Shown here piece after piece: positions 18,900 to 29,085 of a stretch of DNA of 64,000 nt. This DNA is from Candidatus Woesearchaeota archaeon (lineage in GTDB: Archaea; Nanobdellota; Nanobdellia; Woesearchaeales; GW2011-AR4). Within the stretch, counting starts at the first letter, position 1. Every line of letters starts with the position of its first letter. The position numbers and the translations under genes are program-made. The notes below the pieces were generated by a model, which made no database searches, was not told where the DNA came from, and saw only the letters and a program-made list of their open reading frames with translations. Location of the stretch: NCBI GenBank assembly GCA_016211245.1, contig JACQSQ010000013.1:796-64795 (forward strand), read 5' to 3'.

Positions 18900-19991
18900 A
18901 TGTACAATCAAGTTGTTGAAGAAGACATAAGGAGCATAGGCGAAGACCTAAAGCCAATAGCCAATAAGTTAAGCGGCAAGACATTGCTGATTACTGGAGG
19001 CGCAGGCTTCCTAGGCAATTATTTTCTTCTTACAATCGAGCATCTCAACAAGAATGTTTTAACAGAGCCGTGCAAAGTCATTTCTGTCGATAATTTCATA
19101 ACAGGCATGAAATACCAGATTGGGGAAAGCGGCAATTTCAAGGCGATAAAGCATGACATTGTAAAGCCATTGAAAATTGATGAAAAGATTGATTACATAA
19201 TCCATGCAGCAGGCATCGGAAGCCCAAAATTCTACAGGATTTACAAGATAGAGACAATTGACGTAGGCGTTTTGGGAACAAGGAACGTGCTGGAGATGGC
19301 AAAGGAAAAAAAGGTGAAAAGCTTCATGTTTTTTTCATCAAGCGAGGTTTACGGAGACCCTGACCCAAGGTTTGTGCCGACTCCGGAAACCTATTATGGA
19401 AATGTCTCATGCACGGGCCCAAGGTCGAACTATGACGAATCAAAAAGATTGGGGGAGACTTTGTGCGTAGCATACAATGAGATGCATAATATTCCTGTGA
19501 AGATGGTGAGGCCGTTCAATGTATATGGCCCGGGCATGAGGGAAGACGACTACAGAGTCATACCGAACTTTGTCGCAAATGCATTCAAAGGAAATCCATT
19601 GCCTATTTACGGGGAAGGCCATCAGACAAGGACTTTCTGCTATATAACGGATGCAATGATCGGTTTTTTCAAGATGCTGCTTTCCGAGCATAACAAGGAA
19701 AGCTTCAATGTTGGAACTCAAGAAGGAGAGACAAGCATGGAAGAGCTTGCGGGCATGATTGCAGAAATTTTCGGCAACAAAGTTCAGGTCAGGAAGGCTC
19801 CAGGCTTGAATGACGCATATGGAAAATCAGAACCAAAAAGAAGATGCCCCGACATTACAAAGATAAGGACTTTGCTCGATTATCATCCAAAAGTTGATTT
19901 AAGGACAGGGTTAAAGAGATTCATAAAATGGGCGGCAGAAGAGTACTCAATAAAGTCAGAGATTGTGACTGAGGTAAAGAATTCTTTTTGA
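18900..19991 (+). CDS. UDP-glucuronate decarboxylase-like SDR (UXS/ArnA-decarboxylase family)
   Basis: LLITGGAGFLGNYF, YDESKRLGE (UXS-type YDEGKR), RRCPDITKIR C-terminal motif. Confidence 0.7.
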   Translation: MYNQVVEEDIRSIGEDLKPIANKLSGKTLLITGGAGFLGNYFLLTIEHLNKNVLTEPCKVISVDNFITGMKYQIGESGNFKAIKHDIVKPLKIDEKIDYIIHAAGIGSPKFYRIYKIETIDVGVLGTRNVLEMAKEKKVKSFMFFSSSEVYGDPDPRFVPTPETYYGNVSCTGPRSNYDESKRLGETLCVAYNEMHNIPVKMVRPFNVYGPGMREDDYRVIPNFVANAFKGNPLPIYGEGHQTRTFCYITDAMIGFFKMLLSEHNKESFNVGTQEGETSMEELAGMIAEIFGNKVQVRKAPGLNDAYGKSEPKRRCPDITKIRTLLDYHPKVDLRTGLKRFIKWAAEEYSIKSEIVTEVKNSF

Positions 19992-20141
19992 TTTTGTTAA
20001 TTTAAATACATAACCTAAAATTCAAAAAGCCATTAAGACTAAAAATTAAAAATCCCTAGAGCGACTTTTATAAGCAACCGTGATTAAAGTAATCCGCTTG
20101 TGCTAGTTTGCTTGCTTACCTGTCGATAAATGCTTCGTAAA

Positions 20142-21362
20142 CTAAACAATCCTCGGCTCAGGCAGCGGAATAATAAACTTCACACCTTTTTCCGCATATC
20201 TCTTTGTCTTGGAAAGAATCTCATCTGCAAAGTTCCATGCCAAAATTAATATGTAATCCGGAGTTTTTTCATCCAGCATGCTTGAGCTGACAACAGGAAT
20301 ATGCGTGCCTGGGGCGAATAAACCCTGCTTTAGTGGATTGTCTTCAACAATGTACTCAATATAATCCTTTCCTATATTGCAGAAATTAAGAAGAGTGTTG
20401 CCCTTTGCTGGGGCTCCATAACCGGCTATTGTCTTGTTCTGCCTCTTGATATTCTTAATATAATCAACTAATTTGTCCCTTACGCCATAAACTTTCTCGC
20501 CAAATTTCTTGTAGGTTTCAAAGTCGTCAATGCATATGTTTTTTTCATAATCCAATAACTCTTTTACAGAGGACTGGGCTTTATGCCTGCTGCCTTCTTT
20601 TGCTGTAAAAACCCTTAGAGAGCCGCCGTGTGTCGGAACCCTTTCCACCCTGAAAATTTTCATATTATGCTTCCTAAAGAAATAATCAAGTGATGCAAGC
20701 GTGTAATAAGACATATGCTCATGATAGACATTGTCAAAAGTCATCGTCTTAAGGGTATCGACAAAATATTGTATTTCTATGACATAAATCCCATCATCTT
20801 TCAGCAAGCCCTTAACATTCCCAATGACAGAATCAATGTCATCTATATGGGCAAAAACATTTGTTGCTGTAACGACATCCGCTTTGCCTTTTCTTTTGAT
20901 TATCTCCTTTACAACCTTTTCATTGAAGAAGTCATTTATAGTCTCAACGCCATTTTCTTCCGCTATTTTAGCAACATTTGCTGCCGGCTCAACTCCAATC
21001 ACATGGACATTGAATTTTCGGAAGCCTTTTAATAAAATGCCGTCATTGGAGCCAATGTCCACAGCAAGGGATTTATTGCTTAAATTGAAGTTCTTGGTTA
21101 TATGCTCAGCCATCTCAGCAAAGTGCTTCTGGAATGTTTTTGTGGTAGAGCTTAGGTAGACATAATTGCTGAACATATCTTCTGATGGAACTATATATGT
21201 AAGCTGCACAAGCTTGCAATCATCGCAGAAGCACAATTCAAGAGGAAATTTTTTTTCTGGTTTTTTCAAATCTTCTTTTGAAAGAAAACTGTTGGCTAAT
21301 GGTGTTGTTCCTAATGATAAGAAAGTCTTTAATTTTTCATTTTTGCACATTCTGCATTTCAT
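20142..21362 (-). CDS. NDP-hexose C-methyltransferase-like, paralog 2
   Basis: Same architecture as 16020-17234: CRMCKN...CDDCKLVQL Zn-ribbon, DIGSNDGILL, C-terminal domain; convergent with the other paralog. Confidence 0.65.
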   Translation of the reverse strand: MKCRMCKNEKLKTFLSLGTTPLANSFLSKEDLKKPEKKFPLELCFCDDCKLVQLTYIVPSEDMFSNYVYLSSTTKTFQKHFAEMAEHITKNFNLSNKSLAVDIGSNDGILLKGFRKFNVHVIGVEPAANVAKIAEENGVETINDFFNEKVVKEIIKRKGKADVVTATNVFAHIDDIDSVIGNVKGLLKDDGIYVIEIQYFVDTLKTMTFDNVYHEHMSYYTLASLDYFFRKHNMKIFRVERVPTHGGSLRVFTAKEGSRHKAQSSVKELLDYEKNICIDDFETYKKFGEKVYGVRDKLVDYIKNIKRQNKTIAGYGAPAKGNTLLNFCNIGKDYIEYIVEDNPLKQGLFAPGTHIPVVSSSMLDEKTPDYILILAWNFADEILSKTKRYAEKGVKFIIPLPEPRIV

Positions 21363-21366
21363 TATA

Positions 21367-22080
21367 TCACCAGTAAGTAAAAAATATTTTTACAATCCTC
21401 TTTGCATATGCAGGAGCCTGCTTTGACAATCTAAGCTTGCTCTTTCCTGCCTCCCTTTCTTTCCAGTTGACAGGCACTTCCGCTATTTTATAGTTTTTTC
21501 GTATTGCCTTCAATGCAATTTCGAGCCCAATGTCAAATTCATTAGCTTCAAGCCCCAGCTCTTTGATTTTATCTATTCTGAAGCCCTTGAACAGGCTGGT
21601 GAAGTCCTTTAAGTCCAATCTCAAAAACGCGAACCTGACAGAGTAGTTTGCCAGCCTGTTTGCCAAAGTTTTTATGAAAGGGTAACCTTCAATCTTCGAG
21701 CCTTTCATGAACCTTGATGTGTGCACAAAGTCGCAGCCATCTCTTATTTTTTCAAGAATTGAGGGGACATATCTTATGTCATCAGGCGCATCGGACATGA
21801 AGATTATACCGTATTTGCCTGAAGCCCGGCTTATCCCTTCTCTTATGGCAGAGCCCACCCCTCTTGATTTTTGCCGGTGGATAAATCTCAGATTTTTATA
21901 TGATTTTGACAATTTCTTTAGAATTTTTTCGGTTCCGTCCCTGCTATCGTCTACTATAACAACTTCAACATCCTTGATTTTATACCTATCAAAATTTCTG
22001 AAAATCCTTGTTATGGAATCCGCAATTATCTCTTTTTCATTATAGGTTGGTATTATTATTGACAATTCACGCTTTGGCAT
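21367..22080 (-). CDS. glycosyltransferase family 2, dolichyl/polyprenyl-phosphate sugar synthase-like (Dpm1-like)
   Basis: LSIIIPTYNEKEII, VIVDDSRDGT, DAPDD-like motif (SDAPDD). Confidence 0.75.
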   Translation of the reverse strand: MPKRELSIIIPTYNEKEIIADSITRIFRNFDRYKIKDVEVVIVDDSRDGTEKILKKLSKSYKNLRFIHRQKSRGVGSAIREGISRASGKYGIIFMSDAPDDIRYVPSILEKIRDGCDFVHTSRFMKGSKIEGYPFIKTLANRLANYSVRFAFLRLDLKDFTSLFKGFRIDKIKELGLEANEFDIGLEIALKAIRKNYKIAEVPVNWKEREAGKSKLRLSKQAPAYAKRIVKIFFTYW

Positions 22081-22271
22081 GGGGCATTGTTTAAACAGCC
22101 CCTTAATAATTGTTGTGTTTTGACATGTCGGAAATATACCTCAGTCTAATTAACTGATGGATGAAGCCCAATAAACAAAAGTAATTGTGGTATATTTCCG
22201 AGCATGCTCAAAAACCGCTATGAATAATTGTAAAATTGCGGTTTTTGACATAGAAAAGTATAAATAACGCG

Positions 22272-23750
22272 ATGCAAGCATGCAAATCAAGAATGATAGC
22301 CAAAATATCCGGATTTATTGAGAAAAATTCCGACATAATCAGAAAATCCATAACCAATAATAAATTTAAGTTAGCTATATTTTCTGTCATACTCGTAACT
22401 TTAGCCACTTTTATTTTATCTTACTTCAGCAAAGATGGATTGGAAATGACGCATGTAATTGCGATACCTTTGCTATATTCCTTAGTTATTTGCAGCCTGC
22501 TTACTGCCAGGAAAAACTACAAAAGGGCAATTCTGTCAGTTTTCATAATCTCGGCATTATTCCAAATGTACTTGGCTGCGCAATTCATCGGGGTTGAGCA
22601 TGACATCAATGTCCAGTATAATGCCGCTGTAGCCTTTGAAGAAGGAAAGGACACCTACAAAGTCGTCAATCCGTACTATGCAAAGCCCATCCATAGGGAG
22701 ATAACAAGATTTTACAGGCCGAATTATGAGGAAGTCGCCAATATCATAGACTTTTATGGCCACCCTTCCAGGATATATTTATCGTATGCAGTCTACAAGA
22801 TTTCCCAATGGATGTCTGTTTATTTTAGCACCCTGATAAAATACCCTATGATAATTGCGTCACTGGTAATTGCATTTTTGATGCGCAAAATTCTGAGAAT
22901 TCATAAAAGAAATGACAAGAAAATATACAACTCAATTGCATTGTATTTGTTTAACCCCTTGACAATAATGGTTTCTGGCTACCATGGCCAGGTTGATAAC
23001 CTTGGCATAATCTTCCTCATGCTGTTTTTGTACCTTATGCTGAAGCGGCAAAAAGTCAGCATACTAAATGACCTGATTTTTGGATTTTCGCTCGTCATAA
23101 AGCCAGTCACTGCAGCAATTGTGCCTTATTTAATGCTGAGAAGGAGAAAAATATTCAAAATGGGGCTGTTCCTGTTTACAATATCCATACCTTTTGCAGC
23201 ATTGCTATTTACTTATAAATTTTTAACTGCACAAATAGCGCTAAAATATGTGCTTCTGTACGGTGGAGTGAGGTATTTGTGGAGCTACAGCAGGATTGAG
23301 CAGTACCTTACAACAACATTTAATCTTCCAGAGGTGCACGAGGCTTTTGTTTACATATATATAGCCATAACAGTGCTGATGTTCCTGTTTATGCTCTATT
23401 ACTTCTACAAGAATAAGAATATAGGATACATTGATGGAATTATCATATCCTACTTTATATTTTATGCAATCCATTCCGGCTTTGGAATCCAGTACCTTTT
23501 ATGGTCATTGCCGTTCATGGCTTTGAAATCCATTGAAAATGTCCAATTCAGAAATCTAGTGTACATATTCTCTATCATTGGGCTGTTTTTCGGATTAACT
23601 TTCTATTATGGAAACGCAAACGCTTATTACATAATCAGGGATTTGATAGGCTATTCTTTGATAGGATTTGCATACTGGATATTTATAGTTTTTATGCTGT
23701 TGTGGTATATTAAAATAGGAATTAAGAATCAGCCTGTAAAAGCCTTGTAG
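22272..23750 (+). CDS. polytopic membrane protein, DUF2029/GT87-like mannosyltransferase candidate
   Basis: About 12 TM; loop motif GYHGQVDNLGIIFLML reminiscent of DUF2029/PimE-like GT-C; possible later start at Met9 given TATA-like GTATAAATAA at 22258-22267. Confidence 0.4.
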   Translation: MQACKSRMIAKISGFIEKNSDIIRKSITNNKFKLAIFSVILVTLATFILSYFSKDGLEMTHVIAIPLLYSLVICSLLTARKNYKRAILSVFIISALFQMYLAAQFIGVEHDINVQYNAAVAFEEGKDTYKVVNPYYAKPIHREITRFYRPNYEEVANIIDFYGHPSRIYLSYAVYKISQWMSVYFSTLIKYPMIIASLVIAFLMRKILRIHKRNDKKIYNSIALYLFNPLTIMVSGYHGQVDNLGIIFLMLFLYLMLKRQKVSILNDLIFGFSLVIKPVTAAIVPYLMLRRRKIFKMGLFLFTISIPFAALLFTYKFLTAQIALKYVLLYGGVRYLWSYSRIEQYLTTTFNLPEVHEAFVYIYIAITVLMFLFMLYYFYKNKNIGYIDGIIISYFIFYAIHSGFGIQYLLWSLPFMALKSIENVQFRNLVYIFSIIGLFFGLTFYYGNANAYYIIRDLIGYSLIGFAYWIFIVFMLLWYIKIGIKNQPVKAL

Positions 23751-24859
23751 AATTTTTCAGCAACTTTTTCTATAGAAAATTTGTCAAGGGTCCTTTTTCT
23801 TCCGTTCTTGGCAATTTTTTCTGCTAATCCTTTATTTTTAATTAGGCTGATTATTTTTTCAGCCATATCATCAGAATCAAATTTTTTTGATACCAACCCG
23901 CAGCTTTCATTTGGAATTACAAATTCCCTCCCGCCGCATTCCATCACGACAACAGGAATGCTGCAGGCCAAAGCCTCATTCACTGCAGGGGTAATCTCCT
24001 GGTAGTTTGCCAGCACAAAAATATCAGCTTTGTTGTAGATATTTGCCAGCTCATCATGCTCTTTAGAGCCAAGAAATTTTACATTATTCTCCAAGCCTAG
24101 ATTTTTTGCCAGCCTGACAAGCTCATTCTTGTAATATCCGTCCCCAACAATCCACAGCTCCGTATTATTTCTCTTGTCTATCACTTTTCTCAATGCCCTT
24201 ATTATCAGATGATGGCCTTTTATTTCATATAACCCGCCTACAGAAAGCAATATTGCCTTATTTTTTTGTTTTTTAAGATTTAATGGCCTGAAAGTATTTG
24301 TGTCAGTTGCATGGCCAATTACGACAATTTTTTTAGAATTTTTTTCAGCCAATCCCAATCTTATGCACCTATCCGCAGCTTCCGGATTTGTGAATAAAAG
24401 ATATCTTGCATGTTTATAGGCTTTTTTCACGATATTTATTGGAATGAATTTTGTAAATCTGAATAAATAAAATCCTTCAACAGTCTGCGAAGTTCTTAGG
24501 ATTAGTCTGGAATTATACTTCTTTGCTGCAAGATAAGACTGGTATGCGAACCAATAAAATTCAGGGTTGCTTGTCTCTATTATGTCATAGCCTTTTAGCT
24601 TGCCTATTAAATCTAAATAATAATCCCTTTGCAGGCCCAGAACTAAAAATAATTTCTCCAGCATATTGCCATGGTCCAGGCTACTTATCTTCTGGATTTT
24701 GAAATTCTTGTAGGAAAAATCATGCTTTTTGTCGATGAAAATCGTGACTTCAAAGCCAAATTTTTTTATCAAATATTCATATACCTTCAGGAGATTATGC
24801 AGTGACGATTTCAAATTTGCATGAGTTGGGATTACGACAGCGACTTTTAGTTTTGGCAT
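23729..24859 (-). CDS. glycosyltransferase family 4 (GT-B, retaining)
   Basis: C-terminal GT1/GT4 domain: VGGLYEIKGHHLIIRAL...LANYQEITPAVNEALACSIPVVV (E-x7-E region). Confidence 0.8.
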   Translation of the reverse strand: MPKLKVAVVIPTHANLKSSLHNLLKVYEYLIKKFGFEVTIFIDKKHDFSYKNFKIQKISSLDHGNMLEKLFLVLGLQRDYYLDLIGKLKGYDIIETSNPEFYWFAYQSYLAAKKYNSRLILRTSQTVEGFYLFRFTKFIPINIVKKAYKHARYLLFTNPEAADRCIRLGLAEKNSKKIVVIGHATDTNTFRPLNLKKQKNKAILLSVGGLYEIKGHHLIIRALRKVIDKRNNTELWIVGDGYYKNELVRLAKNLGLENNVKFLGSKEHDELANIYNKADIFVLANYQEITPAVNEALACSIPVVVMECGGREFVIPNESCGLVSKKFDSDDMAEKIISLIKNKGLAEKIAKNGRKRTLDKFSIEKVAEKFYKAFTG

Positions 24860-24863
24860 TTTA

Positions 24864-25559
24864 CTAGAATGCGTACCTCAGCATTATTTTAGCGGCAATT
24901 ACCCCATCCTTCCAGTTTATTTTTTTTCCTTCCTCAAAAGACCTTGGCGAGAACCTTATAGGCAGCTGGACTATCTTATGGCCATTTTTAACCAGCTTGC
25001 ACATAAGCTCTATATCATATTCGAACCTGTTGGACTTGACATCAACGCTTTTCAGCACATCGCTTGTGAAAAGCTTGTAGCACGGCTCCACGTCAGTAAG
25101 ATTTGTATGGTACAAGACGTTGAAGATAAAAGTAAGCCCCTTGTTGCCTATCCAGTGCAAAGGGTGCATTGTGTGCTTTTTTGGCAGGAATTTTGAATTT
25201 TTTGAAAACCTGGAGCCAAAGACTATGCTGGACTCCTTCTTCAAAATCGGCTTCAGCAATCTTTTGTAGTCATTTGGGTCATATTCAAGGTCAGCGTCCT
25301 GGAATATTATGAAATCGCCTGTTGCAGCCTTTATGCCAGTCTTCAGCGCTGCCCCTTTGCCAGCATTTTTCTTATGGAAAAGCCTTACATAACTGCCTTT
25401 CAGGCCTTTCAGCACTTCTCTTGAGCCGTCCTTGGAGCAATCGTCGACAAGAATTATCTCTTTCTTTATATTCCCAAGATTGACAGATTCTACCCTTTTG
25501 ACTACCTCTTTTAAGGTGCCCTTTTCGTTATATACCGGAATTATAATTGAGAGCTTCAT
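24864..25559 (-). CDS. glycosyltransferase family 2, Dpm1-like polyprenyl-phosphate glycosyltransferase
   Basis: [34 protein letters not shown]. Confidence 0.8.
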   Translation of the reverse strand: MKLSIIIPVYNEKGTLKEVVKRVESVNLGNIKKEIILVDDCSKDGSREVLKGLKGSYVRLFHKKNAGKGAALKTGIKAATGDFIIFQDADLEYDPNDYKRLLKPILKKESSIVFGSRFSKNSKFLPKKHTMHPLHWIGNKGLTFIFNVLYHTNLTDVEPCYKLFTSDVLKSVDVKSNRFEYDIELMCKLVKNGHKIVQLPIRFSPRSFEEGKKINWKDGVIAAKIMLRYAF

Positions 25560-25568
25560 TTTTATGAG

Positions 25569-26561
25569 TCATAGCTTATTGATTTTTATTGCTGCTCCAG
25601 TTTTCAATGAGTTCTGCGCCAATTCCAGAATTTTTGTTACTCTCAACCCAGATTTCAAGTTATTTTGCGGATCATTTTTAGTCTTGATTAAATTTAAAAA
25701 ATATTTTACCTGCTCCGTCAACGGCTTTGAATCCCCGATTGGAATGCCCTTATAGCCTTTGTCATCTATCATTATTTTTCCATTAACAATCCTAGGCCTG
25801 CTGTCGAAATACCTCAGCTTATCAATTGCATAATCGTCAAAGACTGCATAAAGATTTTCCCCAGCAATAATAATATCCATTTTTTTCAATGGATAAAGCC
25901 ATGTGCCTATTGAGACTGCAGAGACATTATTTGGAAATTTCATATCCATTGTTACTATGTCCTCATTTCCTTTCTTTATGAAAGACGCTCCATTAACGCT
26001 TAATTCGACTGGATTCGCTTCCAGAAGATAAAGCAAAATTGAAACGCTATGCGGGAAAAAATCCCATAATGCGCTAATATCGGTCCTTATTGGCCCATTT
26101 CCCGAATGGAATATGCTTATATAATTAATTCTGCCAAAAAGCCCTCTTTTTATGTCCTCTCTAAGTTTTTGGATTCCTGGATTAAAAAGATGCAGATGGC
26201 CAGCCATCACAACTTTATTATTTTTCTTCGCAGTTTTAGACAAATCTTCCGCTTCCCTAGAGCTCAAGCACATGGGCTTTTCAACAAGAGCATGCTTTCC
26301 CGCGTTAAGGGAGTCTTTAGCGATTTTATAATGGGTGCTTCCAGGGCTTGAGACTATCACAGCATCAACGCTTCTATCATTTAGCATAATCTTATAATCG
26401 GTTGTTTTCTTTATCTCCTGCCCGGGATTGCATTTTTGAAGCGCCGAATCAATTGATTTCATGCTTCTTGAGCAAACCCATTTTACAGATGCATTAAGCT
26501 CGCACAAAGTCCTCAGGTAGTTTGTGCCGAATCTCCCAACACCAATTATTCCAAAATTCAT
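25569..26561 (-). CDS. Gfo/Idh/MocA family NAD(P)-dependent sugar oxidoreductase
   Basis: MNFGIIGVGRFGTNYL Rossmann, AVIVSSPGSTHY, EKP motif (ALVEKPM). Confidence 0.8.
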   Translation of the reverse strand: MNFGIIGVGRFGTNYLRTLCELNASVKWVCSRSMKSIDSALQKCNPGQEIKKTTDYKIMLNDRSVDAVIVSSPGSTHYKIAKDSLNAGKHALVEKPMCLSSREAEDLSKTAKKNNKVVMAGHLHLFNPGIQKLREDIKRGLFGRINYISIFHSGNGPIRTDISALWDFFPHSVSILLYLLEANPVELSVNGASFIKKGNEDIVTMDMKFPNNVSAVSIGTWLYPLKKMDIIIAGENLYAVFDDYAIDKLRYFDSRPRIVNGKIMIDDKGYKGIPIGDSKPLTEQVKYFLNLIKTKNDPQNNLKSGLRVTKILELAQNSLKTGAAIKINKL

Positions 26562-26642
26562 TATATAGGAATTTTCAATCCCACATATAAAAATCTATCT
26601 CAATCCGAAAGCTTAATAAAACAAGCTTTAATCCAAGACCAT

Positions 26643-27026
26643 ATGCCGAATGAGACAGCAATAAGAATCGAGCCCGCTTTTGCGGATGAGCGAGGCGCCA
26701 TATCCAACATACTTGAGAAGGACATCTGCCATGTCGCTATAATCACGTCAAAGAAAGGCGCAGTCAGGGCCAACCACTACCATCCAGAGCAGATGCAGTA
26801 TGTGTATCTGATAAGCGGAAAGTACAGGACAGTTTCAAAGGATTTGAAAAAGAAAGACGCAAAAATTGAGGAATTTATCGTTGAGCCTGGCACGCTTGTA
26901 ATAACTCCTCCAATGATTGCGCATGCAATGGAATTTCTAGAAGATTCTGTTTTCATCAACATGACTGACGGCAGCAGGGACAGCGACAAGTTTGCAGAGC
27001 ATACCATAAAATACAAGCTGATTTGA
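26643..27026 (+). CDS. cupin-fold protein, WxcM/FdtA-like sugar 3,4-ketoisomerase candidate
   Basis: Size about 127 aa; HYHPEQMQYVYLISGKY two-His cupin motif; located between oxidoreductase and WecB. Confidence 0.45.
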   Translation: MPNETAIRIEPAFADERGAISNILEKDICHVAIITSKKGAVRANHYHPEQMQYVYLISGKYRTVSKDLKKKDAKIEEFIVEPGTLVITPPMIAHAMEFLEDSVFINMTDGSRDSDKFAEHTIKYKLI

Positions 27027-27078
27027 GCTTTGATTTTTGATAGTAACTTATTTAAATTGAGTTTTAAACTTCTTTTCT

Positions 27079-28176
27079 ATGAAAATTGTAAGTATTGTAG
27101 GCACAAGGCCAAATTTTATGAAGATTGCTCCTTTGATTGAGGAAATCAAGAAGCACAAAAATATACGGCATGTTCTGATTCATACAGGGCAGCACTATGA
27201 TCTCAGAATGAGTAAACTTTTTTTTGATGACTTAGGGCTGCCTAAACCTGACGAGCATTTAGTCTGTCAAACTGATGTTGGAGTAGATGAACAAAGGGAA
27301 TTTCTTAGGAATACAATCAGAGCTGCGCTTGAAAGACAAAAACCAGATTTGGTGATAGTTGTGGGAGATGTAAACTCTACAGTTGCCGGAGCGCAAGCAG
27401 CTCATGAGCTGGGCATCAAAGTTGCTCACGTAGAAGGAGGATTAAGAAGCTTTGACATGACAATGCCTGAAGAGGTAAATAGGATAGAGACAGACAAAAT
27501 AAGCGATTTTCTGTTTACCACAGAGGAAAGCGGAAACAGGAATTTAAAAAGCGAGGGAATCGACAAAAGCAAGATTTTTTTTGTCGGAAACGTGATGATA
27601 GACTCCTTGCTGAAACACAAGGAAAAAGCGAAAAAATCAGAAATACTTGGCAAATTGAATCTAACAAAAAATAATTATGCATTATTAACGCTGCACAGGC
27701 CAAGCAATGTCGACAGCAAAGGATCTTTGGGATATGTCATTGGCATATTAAGCGAAATACAGAAGAAGATAAAAATTGCTTTTCCGGTGCATCCTAGAAC
27801 AGTGAAAAATCTAAAGAATTTTGGGTTATATGGAAAAGTAAAAAATCAAAAAAACATAATATTGACAGAGCCGCTGGGCTACCTTGATTTCATCAACCTA
27901 ATGATTAATTCAAAGTTTGTAATTACAGACTCCGGCGGCATACAGGAGGAAACTACGGTTCTTGGGATTCCTTGCATTACGATGAGAAACAATACAGAAA
28001 GGCCGGTCACAGCAAGCCAAGGCACTAATATATTAGTAAGCACGGATAAAGCCAATATTATAGAAGCGGCTGACAAGCTAGTCAAAGGAGCCTCTTTTAA
28101 GCCTAAAATGCCCCAATTCTGGGATGGCAAAGCAGCCAAAAGGATTGTTGAAGTTATTCTCAAGAATTTTAGTTAA
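27079..28176 (+). CDS. wecB: UDP-N-acetylglucosamine 2-epimerase (non-hydrolysing), WecB family
   Basis: MKIVSIVGTRPNFMKIAPLIEE...HTGQHYD N-terminal signature, full-length Epimerase_2 architecture. Confidence 0.85.
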   Translation: MKIVSIVGTRPNFMKIAPLIEEIKKHKNIRHVLIHTGQHYDLRMSKLFFDDLGLPKPDEHLVCQTDVGVDEQREFLRNTIRAALERQKPDLVIVVGDVNSTVAGAQAAHELGIKVAHVEGGLRSFDMTMPEEVNRIETDKISDFLFTTEESGNRNLKSEGIDKSKIFFVGNVMIDSLLKHKEKAKKSEILGKLNLTKNNYALLTLHRPSNVDSKGSLGYVIGILSEIQKKIKIAFPVHPRTVKNLKNFGLYGKVKNQKNIILTEPLGYLDFINLMINSKFVITDSGGIQEETTVLGIPCITMRNNTERPVTASQGTNILVSTDKANIIEAADKLVKGASFKPKMPQFWDGKAAKRIVEVILKNFS

Positions 28177-28256
28177 TTTCAGTATGGAAAAAAAATCACT
28201 TCTTTATATTATCTTTGGTCATAATTTGATATATGGAAGATAAATTGTATATCAAA

Positions 28257-28991
28257 CTATTTTTTTCTTGCCACCGCAAAATACAACAGCTCAATTGGTC
28301 TTAATTCTATTAATTTGGCGCCAGACTTTCTAACCAACTCCTTAATTTCCTCTGCTGTATAACTTCGGGAAACTAGTCCTTTAATCCAATCATCCTGAAA
28401 ACAATACTGAGTTCCATCAAAGGAAAAATTGGTATGCCCTCTAGCTTCGTACATTGTCCTTCTTTGTTCATCAAATTGTCTGTTGTACAAACTGAATACA
28501 AAATAATCTGCATGATTAACAATTTTTCTGAATACCTCTGGATCATTAATATTGCCAAATGTATTCATCAAACAGACAGCCATATCATAATTTCCGCCAT
28601 TCGACAAATAATCTGAAATATCTGTTTGTACTACCCTTAACCTTCCATCTCCAGAAAATCTGTTTTTAACAAACTGGAAAGTACGTTCATTTTTTTCTGT
28701 CCCGACAATATTTACGTCTGGTAAAACATCTAAGACAGTCCTAATAACTCGTCCGCTCCCAGAGCCGACTTCAATAATCCTTTTAGGAGTATATGCTCTA
28801 AGAACTCTTTCTAACTCCTCTATCTCTGCCTTGTAAGTTTTATACCAAATCTTATCTCCAGTACCAACACTATCAAAATCGTCTGCACGGATTCTTTCTT
28901 CTGTTTCAAGCAAACAGTTTATACATGGATGGTTTGTTGTCCTTTCAGGGCCTAATCTTCTAAGATATTCTGGTTTAATCATTTTTACCAC
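28257..28991 (-). CDS. class I SAM-dependent methyltransferase
   Basis: IIEVGSGSGRV motif I; DMAVCLMNTFGNI. Confidence 0.6.
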   Translation of the reverse strand: MVKMIKPEYLRRLGPERTTNHPCINCLLETEERIRADDFDSVGTGDKIWYKTYKAEIEELERVLRAYTPKRIIEVGSGSGRVIRTVLDVLPDVNIVGTEKNERTFQFVKNRFSGDGRLRVVQTDISDYLSNGGNYDMAVCLMNTFGNINDPEVFRKIVNHADYFVFSLYNRQFDEQRRTMYEARGHTNFSFDGTQYCFQDDWIKGLVSRSYTAEEIKELVRKSGAKLIELRPIELLYFAVARKK

Positions 28992-29052
28992 TAACCAGTA
29001 AATTTATTATAATATATCAAATTATTGCTAATAATTTTTGACAAAAAGGGAA

Positions 29053-29070
29053 TATTTAAATATAAAAAGT
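29053..29070 (+). promoter_or_regulatory. archaeal-type TATA box/BRE candidate (ATATTTAAATATAAAAAG) about 21 nt upstream of ATG 29086
   Basis: A/T-rich TATA-like octamer at the spacing expected for a leaderless archaeal transcript. Confidence 0.35.
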
Positions 29071-29085
29071 AAAAAAGTATGCAAA

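Noticed and set aside
19992-20141. 150-nt convergent intergenic region examined for small RNA or tRNA
   Set aside because: Only weak imperfect palindromes are present (GCTTGTGC...GCTTGC). It is most simply the shared 3' ends of two convergent genes.
22258-22267. GTATAAATAA TATA-like box only 5 nt from the annotated ATG of 22272-23750
   Set aside because: It is too close to serve that start codon. It more likely means the real start is the downstream Met9 at 22296. It is not listed as a separate promoter feature because of this ambiguity.
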